Below, piece after piece: positions 33,982 to 43,623 of a DNA stretch of 64,000 nucleotides. Source of the DNA: Escherichia coli (GTDB taxonomy: Bacteria > Pseudomonadota > Gammaproteobacteria > Enterobacterales > Enterobacteriaceae); assembly GCF_003019035.1 (NCBI RefSeq), contig NZ_CP027447.1; one strand, written 5' to 3'. The notes under the pieces are model-generated. The model was given only the letters and a program-made list of their open reading frames with translations, had not been told where the DNA came from and searched no databases. A program made the translations under genes and the position numbers. Each line of letters opens with the position of its first letter. Position 1 is the stretch's first letter.

Positions 33982-34496
33982 CCAATCGCGTCCGGTTCAG
34001 TGCGTTCGTCGAGTTGCAACTGCATAAATGTCAGATCCAGCCAGCGCCCAAATTTAGTGCCCACCTGCGGCATTTGCGCGGTGACGACAAATCCCAGCGA
34101 CTGGTGGAGATGCAGCGAAGCCTGATTTTGCGATTCGATCCCGGCGACCATGACATGCTTCCCGCAATCCCTCGCTTCATCAATCAATCGGCTTAACAAT
34201 TTACGCCCAAGACCTTTGCCCTGATGATCGGGATGGACATAAATCGAATGTTCCACGGTATGGCGAAAACCATCGAAACTACGCCAGTCGCCAAACGAGG
34301 CATATCCTGTAACTACGCCATCTTCTTCACTCACCAGCACCGGATAACCTGCTAAAGTCCGCGCTTCGAACCAGGCAATGCGGTTATCTGCATCCACCGT
34401 TTGGTCATTCCAGATAGCCGCCGTATACAACACGGCGTGGTTATAAATTTCCGCAATGGCAGCACAGTCGGCTTTGCGGGCAAAACGGATGGACAT
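33978..34496 (-). CDS. mnaT: L-amino acid N-acyltransferase (GNAT)
   Basis: ORF 33978-34730; start at MSIRFARKADCAAIAEIYN gives 172 aa; GNAT motifs. Confidence 0.85.
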   Translation of the reverse strand: MSIRFARKADCAAIAEIYNHAVLYTAAIWNDQTVDADNRIAWFEARTLAGYPVLVSEEDGVVTGYASFGDWRSFDGFRHTVEHSIYVHPDHQGKGLGRKLLSRLIDEARDCGKHVMVAGIESQNQASLHLHQSLGFVVTAQMPQVGTKFGRWLDLTFMQLQLDERTEPDAIG

Positions 34497-34676
34497 GTCT
34501 GGCCTCGATAAAATAATGATGGTGATGTTATCAATACTATCGAAAACAGCCCGAAGCAACGGATTCCTCGATGAAATTATTGCGTGCTGCAGAGGGGATG
34601 TGACGGCTGCAAACAAAACCATTCCTGCGAGCCTGCTACTATTGATGGATTCATGCCAAAAGCACAGGAGAGCATT

Positions 34677-35714
34677 ATGGGGCAACAAAAGCAGCGTAAC
34701 CGCCGTTGGGTTCTGGCCTCGCGTCCGCATGGCGCACCGGTTCCGGAGAATTTCCGTCTTGAAGAAGATGATGTCGCCACACCGGGTGAAGGACAGGTGT
34801 TACTGCGCACAGTTTATTTGTCCCTGGACCCGTATATGCGTGGACGTATGAGCGATGAGCCATCTTATTCACCGCCGGTTGATATTGGCGGCGTGATGGT
34901 CGGCGGTACGGTGAGCCGTGTCGTGGAGTCGAATCATCCTGATTACCAGCCTGGCGACTGGGTGCTGGGCTACAGTGGATGGCAGGACTATGACATATCC
35001 AGTGGTGATGAACTGGTGAAACTTGGCGATCATCCGCAAAATCCATCGTGGTCGCTGGGTGTGCTGGGGATGCCAGGCTTTACTGCTTATATGGGCCTAC
35101 TGGATATCGGTCAGCCTAAAGAGGGCGAAACGCTGGTGGTTGCGGCGGCGACAGGACCAGTAGGGGCGACGGTGGGGCAAATCGGCAAACTTAAAGGTTG
35201 TAGAGTGGTTGGGGTGGCCGGCGGCGTGGAAAAATGCCGCCATGCTACTGAGGTGCTGGGCTTCGATGTTTGTCTTGACCATCACGCGGATGATTTTGCC
35301 GAACAACTGGCGAAAGCGTGCCCAAAAGGTATTGATATCTATTATGAAAACGTGGGCGGTAAGGTATTTGATGCAGTGCTACCTTTACTTAATACATCTG
35401 CGCGCATTCCCGTTTGTGGCTTAGTGAGCAGCTATAACGCTACAGAGCTACCACCCGGTCCGGATCGTTTACCTCTGTTGATGGCTACGGTGCTGAAAAA
35501 ACGTATTCGCTTGCAAGGATTTATTATCGCTCAGGATTATGGTCACCGCATCCATGAGTTTCAGAAGGAGATGGGGCAATGGGTGAAAGAGGATAAAATT
35601 CACTATCGTGAACAAATTACCAACGGTTTGGAGAATGCCCCACAGACGTTTATTGGCCTGCTGAACGGCAAAAACTTCGGTAAAGTTGTTATTCGCGTCG
35701 CGGATGATGATTAA
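34677..35714 (+). CDS. curA: NADPH-dependent curcumin/enone reductase (MDR family)
   Basis: ORF 34584-35714; start at MGQQKQRNRRWVLASRPHG gives 345 aa; Rossmann motif AAATGPVG. Confidence 0.88.
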   Translation: MGQQKQRNRRWVLASRPHGAPVPENFRLEEDDVATPGEGQVLLRTVYLSLDPYMRGRMSDEPSYSPPVDIGGVMVGGTVSRVVESNHPDYQPGDWVLGYSGWQDYDISSGDELVKLGDHPQNPSWSLGVLGMPGFTAYMGLLDIGQPKEGETLVVAAATGPVGATVGQIGKLKGCRVVGVAGGVEKCRHATEVLGFDVCLDHHADDFAEQLAKACPKGIDIYYENVGGKVFDAVLPLLNTSARIPVCGLVSSYNATELPPGPDRLPLLMATVLKKRIRLQGFIIAQDYGHRIHEFQKEMGQWVKEDKIHYREQITNGLENAPQTFIGLLNGKNFGKVVIRVADDD

Positions 35715-35912
35715 AGATACGACGGCGGCATAAAGCCGCCATAAAAATCCAGGCAAAAAGCTTATTTTCAGCTTTAATTAACTAACCACGTCATTGTTCT
35801 GCTGCTAATAACAACAAAGGTGAGTGGTTTATGATTATTCACTTTAATACACCAGGTGAACTCCTTCTGCCATGCAGGCAGGGTTGGACAGAAAACACGC
35901 GAAGGAATTAAA

Positions 35913-36578
35913 ATGCCTGGAACGGGAAAAATGAAACATGTCAGTTTGACTCTGCAGGTTGAGAACGACCTGAAACATCAGCTTAGTATTGGCGCATTAA
36001 AACCTGGCGCACGCCTGATTACTAAAAATCTGGCGGAGCAATTAGGTATGAGTATTACACCTGTGCGTGAAGCATTATTACGTCTGGTTTCGGTGAATGC
36101 GCTTTCTGTCGCACCAGCGCAAGCATTTACAGTTCCGGAAGTGGGGAAACGTCAATTAGACGAAATCAATCGGATCCGCTACGAGCTGGAATTAATGGCA
36201 GTTACTCTGGCTGTTGAAAACCTCACCCCGCAAGACCTGGCGGAACTCCAGGAATTGCTTGAGAAATTACAGCAGGCGCAAGAAAAGGGCGACATGGAAC
36301 GAATCATTAATGCGAGCAGGCTATTTCGCTTAGCAATTTATCATCGTTCAAATATGCCCATTCTGTGTGAGATGATTGAGCAACTGTGGGTCAGGATGGG
36401 ACCTGGTTTACATTATCTCTATGAAGCGATTAATCCAGCGGAATTACGGGAGCGTATAGCAAACTATCATCTATTACTCGCCACGCTAAAAGCAAAAGAC
36501 AAAGAGGGATGCAGACATTGTCTTGCTGAAATTATGCAACAGAATATTGCTATTCTATACCAGCAATACAATCGTTAA
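35913..36578 (+). CDS. mcbR: GntR-family transcriptional regulator
   Basis: ORF 35856-36578; start at MPGTGKMKHVSL gives 221 aa; GntR HTH plus FCD domain. Confidence 0.88.
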   Translation: MPGTGKMKHVSLTLQVENDLKHQLSIGALKPGARLITKNLAEQLGMSITPVREALLRLVSVNALSVAPAQAFTVPEVGKRQLDEINRIRYELELMAVTLAVENLTPQDLAELQELLEKLQQAQEKGDMERIINASRLFRLAIYHRSNMPILCEMIEQLWVRMGPGLHYLYEAINPAELRERIANYHLLLATLKAKDKEGCRHCLAEIMQQNIAILYQQYNR

Positions 36579-36584
36579 ATTAAA

Positions 36585-36604
36585 TGCCCGGCAAATGCCG
36601 GGCA
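36585..36604. terminator. Bidirectional hairpin between convergent mcbR and yncD
   Basis: tgcccggca-aat-gccgggca inverted repeat. Confidence 0.55.
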
Positions 36605-36613
36605 TCAAGGTAA

Positions 36614-38716
36614 TTACTCAAATCGCCACGCAATATTCATGCCGACACCATAATTTCGCCCGGGAGCTGGTTCGTAATATCGACCATTTGATTCATTAAC
36701 AATCACCGATCCGACATATTCTTTATCGAATAAATTATCGACACGACCAAATAAATCCATAGTTAAATTGTGGTAATTGTATTTATACCCCGTGAATAAG
36801 CCGACGAGTGTATAAGAAGGTGCTTTGGCCGTATTTTCATCATCTGCCATAATATCGCCCATATAACGTGTTTCTGTGCCTGCATACCAGCCATCTTCCG
36901 GTACGTAACCTAAAGACACAAAGCCCATATTACGGGCGATCCCTGGCATCCGGTTACCGTTACAATCCTGTTCATTGCAAACATTGCTGCGATAGGTCGC
37001 ATCAAGCCAGGTCCAGGACGCTTTTACGCGAAAATCTCCCGCGAAACGTTGATCCCATGCCAGTTCAGCGCCTTGACGACGGGTCTTTCCGGCATTTTTG
37101 TAAGTCGTACGCCCACCGCTACTGCTATCGACAACAATTTCATCATCGGTGTCGGTCTGGAACAATGCGAGACTAAGCAGCCCATCACCAATACGCGTTT
37201 TACTGCCGATCTCAATTGTATCGTTGGTGGAGGGTTTTAACCCAAAGTTCATACCGCTTTGTCCATCAGCACGATAAGACAGCTCATTAATCGTCGGCGT
37301 TTCAAAACCTCGCCCGGCTGCCAGATAGATATTCCAGGCATCGGTCATTGCATATTTTAACGAACCGGCAGGTAGCCATTTGTGATAACTGGCATCACCG
37401 CTGTCATCGCCGTTACCCGGAGTAACGTAATGGTCGTTGGAATCAAACCACACGGAGCTGTAGCGCACGCCAGCATCCAGCGACAGTTTTTCGCTCAGCT
37501 GCCACTGCGTCTGTAAATAGGGATCGACGTTCCACATCAGATTGCGTTCGTCGCGGCGCAACTCACCTTTTTGCCCGTATTCCGGCACGCCGCTATTCAG
37601 GCGGAAGTTATTGTAGCCCTTGCGGTTTTCACTCATGTTTTCGTAGTTCAGGCCGGTAGTGAACGTGAGCGGAACGCCCAGTTCACCACGGTGTGTCCAG
37701 CGGCTGTCTATCCCCTGGTAATGGCGTTGCAGAGTAATCACGCCGCCCGCATGCGACGGGTTAAGTTGGGGGGCCATCGGGATTGACTGGTACTGGGTCG
37801 TTTCTCGCTCTCCGGCATACATCATCACACTCATATCATCCCGCGAACTCAGGCTACGTTCATAGCGCAACCCAGCCTGAGTTTGCTTGATGGTTTTTCG
37901 CGTGTCGTACTGTTCTGCACGAGGCGCTTGTTGTGGATTCGCCTTCCATTCTGCTTTGGTTAGCCCACCTGGGTCATCTGCTTTGATATCCACACTATTG
38001 AAAATCAGGCTTAATTTGCTGGCGTCATCAATGCGTACGCCCAGTTTGGCATTGGCTAAATTTTTCTGTGCGCCACTATGGTCACGATAGCCGTGGGTCG
38101 TAAAACGCGTGGTTGAGACGGTGTAATCAACATCGCCGGGCTGTGTGCCGTCTCCCGTTGCGCCCGTTGCTTTCAGCCCATAGCGCCAGCTGCCAAAACT
38201 GCCGTAGTAACTACTGGCTTCAATGGTTGGTGGCTGTTGTCCGGTCTGGGTGGTGACATTCATTACACCGCCAGACGCGTTGCCATACAGGGCAGAGAAG
38301 GGGCCACGCAGCACTTCCACATTTTGCACACTGCTTAAATCGATGTTGGATGTTTGCCCTTGCCCGTCGGGCATGGTGGCGGGAATACCGTCCACATACA
38401 GGCGAATACCGCGAATTCCGTAAGTGGAACGGGAGCCAAATCCGCGAATCGACAGCTGTAAATCTTGCGCATAGTTCTGCCGGTTTTGTACCTGCAAACC
38501 AGGCACGCCGGTCAGTGATTCGGACAAGTTAATGCGCGGTGTTGCCAGGCGCATCTCCTCGCCATCCACCACGCTTACTGCTGCAGGGGTATCCAGTTCT
38601 GAAACCACCTGCGGCGCGGCACTGACAATCATGGTCTGTTCATCAGCGGCAAAAACAACGGGGGAAAGGACAAGCAGTGCGGGCAAAACGGTCTGTCGGA
38701 CGGAAAAAATCTTCAT
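36614..38716 (-). CDS. yncD: TonB-dependent outer membrane receptor
   Basis: 700-aa ORF with signal peptide, plug region and C-terminal beta-barrel ending ...AWRFE. Confidence 0.9.
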   Translation of the reverse strand: MKIFSVRQTVLPALLVLSPVVFAADEQTMIVSAAPQVVSELDTPAAVSVVDGEEMRLATPRINLSESLTGVPGLQVQNRQNYAQDLQLSIRGFGSRSTYGIRGIRLYVDGIPATMPDGQGQTSNIDLSSVQNVEVLRGPFSALYGNASGGVMNVTTQTGQQPPTIEASSYYGSFGSWRYGLKATGATGDGTQPGDVDYTVSTTRFTTHGYRDHSGAQKNLANAKLGVRIDDASKLSLIFNSVDIKADDPGGLTKAEWKANPQQAPRAEQYDTRKTIKQTQAGLRYERSLSSRDDMSVMMYAGERETTQYQSIPMAPQLNPSHAGGVITLQRHYQGIDSRWTHRGELGVPLTFTTGLNYENMSENRKGYNNFRLNSGVPEYGQKGELRRDERNLMWNVDPYLQTQWQLSEKLSLDAGVRYSSVWFDSNDHYVTPGNGDDSGDASYHKWLPAGSLKYAMTDAWNIYLAAGRGFETPTINELSYRADGQSGMNFGLKPSTNDTIEIGSKTRIGDGLLSLALFQTDTDDEIVVDSSSGGRTTYKNAGKTRRQGAELAWDQRFAGDFRVKASWTWLDATYRSNVCNEQDCNGNRMPGIARNMGFVSLGYVPEDGWYAGTETRYMGDIMADDENTAKAPSYTLVGLFTGYKYNYHNLTMDLFGRVDNLFDKEYVGSVIVNESNGRYYEPAPGRNYGVGMNIAWRFE

Positions 38717-38957
38717 GAAAAAAGCCAGGTTAAGAATGGGAAAACGCCGTCATGGTAATGAAATTGTAAATTTATGGAAAATGAAACGGCACAATACGTT
38801 AAGTAATTGAGAAAATTGTAGTCGTAACGGCAAGAAATGCTCCACATTTGAGAAAATAATGATTACCATTCCCATTTATAACAAGAGCGTAACGATGATT
38901 ACGCTTAGCGAAGCATTGTGAAGCAGCAAAAATATCGGTTCATCAAAGGGAGTCGTC

Positions 38958-40019
38958 ATGCATTTACGTCATCTGTTTTCATTGCGCCTGCGTGGTTCAT
39001 TACTGTTAGGTTCATTGCTTGTTGCTTCATCATTCAGTACGCAGGCCGCAGAAGAAATGCTGCGTAAAGCGGTAGGTAAAGGTGCCTACGAAATGGCTTA
39101 TAGCCAGCAAGAAAACGCGCTGTGGCTCGCCACTTCGCAAAGCCGCAAACTGGATAAAGGTGGCGTGGTTTATCGTCTTGATCCGGTCACTCTGGAAGTG
39201 ACGCAGGCGATCCATAACGATCTCAAGCCGTTTGGTGCCACCATCAATAACACGACTCAGACGTTGTGGTTTGGTAACACCGTAAATAGTGCGGTCACGG
39301 CGATAGATGCCAAAACGGGCGAAGTGAAAGGACGTCTGGTGCTTGATGAGCGTAAACGTACCGAAGAAGTGCGTCCGTTGCAGCCGCGTGAGCTGGTAAC
39401 TGATGATGCCACGAACACCGTTTACATCAGTGGTATTGGTAAAGAGAGCGTGATTTGGGTCGTTGATGGCGAGAATATCAAACTGAAAACCGCCATCCAG
39501 AACACCGGTAAAATGAGTACCGGTCTGGCGCAGGATAGCAAAGGCAAACGTCTTTACACCACTAACGCTGACGGCGAATTGATTACCATCGACACCGCCG
39601 ACAATAAAATCCTCAGCCGTAAAAAGCTGCTGGATGACGGCAAAGAGCACTTCTTTATCAACATCAGCCTTGATACCACCAATCAGCGTGCATTTATCAC
39701 CGATTCTAAAGCGGCAGAAGTGTTAGTGGTTGATACCCGTAATGGCAATATTCTTGCGAAGGTTGCGGCACCGGAATCACTGGCTGTGCTGTTTAACCCA
39801 GCGCGTAATGAAGCCTACGTGACGCATCGTCAGGCAGGTAAAGTCAGTGTGATTGACGCGAAAAGCTATAAAGTGGTGAAAACGTTCGATACGCCGACTC
39901 ATCCGAACAGCCTGGCGCTGTCTGCAGATGGCAAAACGCTGTATGTCAGTGTGAAACAAAAATCCACTAAACAGCAGGAAGCTACCCAGCCGGACGATGT
40001 GATTCGTATTGCGCTGTAA
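38958..40019 (+). CDS. yncE: Secreted beta-propeller protein YncE
   Basis: 353-aa ORF with signal peptide; repeated propeller-blade motifs. Confidence 0.88.
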   Translation: MHLRHLFSLRLRGSLLLGSLLVASSFSTQAAEEMLRKAVGKGAYEMAYSQQENALWLATSQSRKLDKGGVVYRLDPVTLEVTQAIHNDLKPFGATINNTTQTLWFGNTVNSAVTAIDAKTGEVKGRLVLDERKRTEEVRPLQPRELVTDDATNTVYISGIGKESVIWVVDGENIKLKTAIQNTGKMSTGLAQDSKGKRLYTTNADGELITIDTADNKILSRKKLLDDGKEHFFINISLDTTNQRAFITDSKAAEVLVVDTRNGNILAKVAAPESLAVLFNPARNEAYVTHRQAGKVSVIDAKSYKVVKTFDTPTHPNSLALSADGKTLYVSVKQKSTKQQEATQPDDVIRIAL

Positions 40020-40102
40020 TAGATATGGCGAGGGTGAAAACGGAGAGACTTGCCTGACTTTTATCACGCCGTATCCGGCACCTTCGTCAGTAATTTGAAT
40101 TT

Positions 40103-40127
40103 GCCCGGCACGTAGCCGGGCAATTTT
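40103..40127 (+). terminator. Possible hairpin terminator in the yncE-ansP convergent gap
   Basis: gcccggc-acgta-gccgggc followed by aatttt. Confidence 0.4.
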
Positions 40128-40131
40128 GCAA

Positions 40132-41631
40132 TTAACTCGCCGTTTCAGGCTTAAACACAATTTCCTGTTGTTCTTCATCTTCCTCGACGACTGGCGCAGT
40201 GCTGTGAATTTCAGCAACGCGTTTGCGCACACCAAACCAGCCTATAACCAGCAGAATACCGATAATCGGCAGCGCCGCGATAGTATAAGTCCCGTTCGGG
40301 TAATCGAACGCCATCAGCACCAGAACACTCAGTAAAAACAGTAATGTCAGCCAGGAAGTGAAGGGCGCGCCAGGCAGTTTAAAACTGACATCCGCTGCTT
40401 TGCCTTCTTTAATCGCTTTACGCAGGCGCATCTGGCACACGATGATAAACGCCCATGAAGCGATGATTCCCAGCGACGCGAAGTTCAACACAATCTCAAA
40501 TACGCGCGACGGCACCAGATAGTTGAGGAATACGCCGACGACATACACAACCAGTGTCGCCAGAATCCCGGCATACGGCACATGCTGACGACTCATTTTC
40601 GCCATAAAACTCGGTGCGGAACCGCCCATCGCCATTGAGCGCAGAATGCGTCCGGTGCAGTACAGACCTGAATTCAGGCTGGAGAGGGCAGCGGTCAGCA
40701 CCACAATGTTCATAATGCTGCCGATATATGGCACACCCAGTTTAGAGAAAAACGTCACGAACGGACTTTGCCCCGCCTGATACGCGCTCCACGGCAATAA
40801 CATAACCAGCAACACCACGGAGCCGACGTAAAACAGGCCAATACGCCAAATCACACTGTTAATGGCTTTAGGCACCATGGTCTGCGGATCTTTACATTCT
40901 CCGGCAGCTGTCCCCACCATTTCAATGGAGGCAAAAGCAAACACTACGCCCTGAATCAACACCAGCGCAGGCAGCAAACCGTGGGGGAAGAAGCCGCCAT
41001 TATCGGTGATTAAATGAAAGCCAGTGGTGTTGCCATCCAGCGGCTGACCACTACCGAGGAACACTGTACCCACGACCAAAAAGGTCACAATGGCGAGCAC
41101 TTTAATAAGCGCAAACCAGAACTCCATCTCCGCAAACCATTTCACACCGATCATATTCATGGTGCCAACGATGGTAAGTGCAGCGAGCGCAAAGACCCAC
41201 TGCGGCACGCCGCCAAACGCACCCCAGTAATGCATATACAGAGCGACGGCGGTAATATCAACAATCCCCGTCATCGCCCAGTTGATGAAGTACATCCAGC
41301 CAGCAACATAAGCGGCTTTCTCACCCAAAAACTCACGGGCATAAGAGACAAAACTGCCACTGGAAGGGCGGTGTAGCACCAGCTCACCCAATGCACGCAG
41401 AATAAAAAACGAAAACAAGCCACAAATTAAATAAACCAGTGCCAGTGCTGGACCCGCCATTTGCAGTCGGGCTCCTGCACCTAAAAACAAGCCGGTGCCA
41501 ATCGCGCCGCCAATGGCGATCATCTGTACCTGGCGATTGCCCATCGCTTTGTGATACCCCTCTTCGTGGGCATTAAGCCAGCGGCGTTTCGCGGCGTGTT
41601 GATCTGAAGTGTCGGTGTCGTGTTTACTCAT
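40132..41631 (-). CDS. ansP: L-asparagine permease (APC family)
   Basis: ORF 40132-41682; start at MSKHDTDTSDQHAAKRRWLNAHEEGYHKAMGNRQVQMIAIGG gives 499 aa. Confidence 0.9.
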   Translation of the reverse strand: MSKHDTDTSDQHAAKRRWLNAHEEGYHKAMGNRQVQMIAIGGAIGTGLFLGAGARLQMAGPALALVYLICGLFSFFILRALGELVLHRPSSGSFVSYAREFLGEKAAYVAGWMYFINWAMTGIVDITAVALYMHYWGAFGGVPQWVFALAALTIVGTMNMIGVKWFAEMEFWFALIKVLAIVTFLVVGTVFLGSGQPLDGNTTGFHLITDNGGFFPHGLLPALVLIQGVVFAFASIEMVGTAAGECKDPQTMVPKAINSVIWRIGLFYVGSVVLLVMLLPWSAYQAGQSPFVTFFSKLGVPYIGSIMNIVVLTAALSSLNSGLYCTGRILRSMAMGGSAPSFMAKMSRQHVPYAGILATLVVYVVGVFLNYLVPSRVFEIVLNFASLGIIASWAFIIVCQMRLRKAIKEGKAADVSFKLPGAPFTSWLTLLFLLSVLVLMAFDYPNGTYTIAALPIIGILLVIGWFGVRKRVAEIHSTAPVVEEDEEQQEIVFKPETAS

Positions 41632-41897
41632 TGCTCTCCCTGATTGCTTTAATGAAAAAGTCATATAAGTTGCCATGAACAATGTTTATTCATCCTGGCG
41701 ATGATAGTTATCACCATTATTCTTTATGGGTATAAAACTATCGGCGCAGCATCCTACCCGTTATCGATAAACGATGCAAAACATCCCCTTACAATCCTGA
41801 AGGGGAATAATACAACTGACGAAAAAATGACAAATCCTTTTGCTGGTTAACCTGTGTACTGTCCTACACTTAATCTTTAAAAGATTGTGAGGGGCAT

Positions 41898-42515
41898 ATG
41901 ATTAAGGTGTATGGCGTACCCGGATGGGGCTCTACAATCAGTGAGCTGATGCTAACACTGGCTGATATTCCTTATCAGTTCTTTGATGTCAGTGGTTTTG
42001 ACCACGAGGGAACTTCACGCGAGTTATTGAAAACCCTGAACCCGTTGTGTCAGATTCCGACACTGGCGCTGGAAAATGACGAGATTATGACGGAGACAGC
42101 GGCGATTGCATTGATGGTTCTCGATCGTCGCCCGGACCTTGCGCCACCGGTTGGGCGCGCCGAACGTCAGCAGTTTCAACGGCTATTGGTCTGGCTGGTT
42201 GCTAATGTCTATCCAACATTCACTTTCGCCGATTACCCTGAGCGTTGGGCTCCTGACGCACCTGAACAGTTAAAGAAGAATGTTATTGAATATCGAAAAT
42301 CGCTTTATATCTGGTTGAATTCGCAGCTCACTGCTGAACCTTATGCGTTTGGTGAGCAACTAACGCTGGTGGACTGTTATCTTTGCACTATGCGCACATG
42401 GGGGCCTGGGCATGAATGGTTTCAGGATAATGCCACGAATATCAGTGCGATTGCTGATGCTGTATGTCAGTTACCGAAATTACAAGAAGTATTAAAAAGG
42501 AATGAAATTATTTGA
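41898..42515 (+). CDS. yncG: Glutathione S-transferase-like protein
   Basis: 205-aa ORF; GST N- and C-domain features. Confidence 0.85.
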   Translation: MIKVYGVPGWGSTISELMLTLADIPYQFFDVSGFDHEGTSRELLKTLNPLCQIPTLALENDEIMTETAAIALMVLDRRPDLAPPVGRAERQQFQRLLVWLVANVYPTFTFADYPERWAPDAPEQLKKNVIEYRKSLYIWLNSQLTAEPYAFGEQLTLVDCYLCTMRTWGPGHEWFQDNATNISAIADAVCQLPKLQEVLKRNEII

Positions 42516-42590
42516 GTGGGATACCAGAAGATTATGTTATTTATTATTCAGTAACTTTATCCACAATGATGGGCGTAATTAATTAAATTC

Positions 42591-42803
42591 ATGTTATGTT
42601 TTTTAATTTATATCACTCTCCCTTTCATTCAGCTTGTCTATTTCATTTCCTCTGAAAAGAAACTAACTATTCACATTGTGCAGATGTTTCAGTTGTTATC
42701 ACAGGTATTCTATAATCTCAAAATGTTTTTAATGATGGATATGCTCGGAGTTGGAGATGCAATTAATATTAATACAAATAAAAATATCCGGCAGGTATGC
42801 TAA
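42591..42803 (+). CDS. yncH: Small hypothetical protein YncH (AT-rich)
   Basis: 70-aa ORF in an AT-rich interval; position after yncG. Confidence 0.55.
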   Translation: MLCFLIYITLPFIQLVYFISSEKKLTIHIVQMFQLLSQVFYNLKMFLMMDMLGVGDAININTNKNIRQVC

Positions 42804-43623
42804 AAGGATAAATGGCGTTCTCTGTATTTATTCGCAATTATCTGTAGGACAAATATGGAGAGCTTGATGAGTCAGAGCTAAAACAGCAATTGATTAATAA
42901 ACATGTTGATTTATTCAAGAAAATGGATGTATTTTAAATATTGATTCTTAATATAACCTAATCAATAGATTATCACGTGAGAGCTGCACATTATTGGAGG
43001 GGCAGGGGAAAACACCATTTTGGGAACAATGCATCAGGTACTCTTACCACTGAAGCAAGATCATCCGGGCACCAGGTGGTGGTGCAGTGCTTTGGAAATG
43101 GTCCCCTCGGGGGAGTTGTCATTATTTTCTATGCTATTTGCTTATTATATTCATCAGGTGAATTTAATAAATTCCTAATTTGAAATATCCACTATTAAGC
43201 TAGTGTTTAACGACGTTAAGATGGCAATGTGCAGATCATGTTATCAGGGTGGGGCGGTAGCGTATATTCCTTATACAAACCATCATTCATTTCAATGATT
43301 GTTATTGAATTATTTATTGTTGTGAATAAAAAGACATTATGAATATTGGTTTGACTTTGCATATCAGGTTTTTTATTACTCGCTGTAATGTACGAGCCTG
43401 TCGTGAATAACGTCGAGAACCCATCCGTTGCGTTTGTGATTATTTTGTTGACTAAACAGACACCCGTTTCTCTGAAGTAAAATCCCAGACTAAATCATCA
43501 CATAACCATGACATTTTTCTGATATTCCCCGGTAACGCCAGATGTCGACTCGCTTATCTCATCCGCCCGACATGTTGTACATGCAATATGTGCGGATTAT
43601 TATTCATTTTCACGGAGGTTGCT

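Noticed and set aside
42977-43183. 68-aa ORF in the AT-rich interval upstream of vgrG
   Set aside because: No ribosome-binding site, low-complexity translation and no recognisable features; likely non-coding
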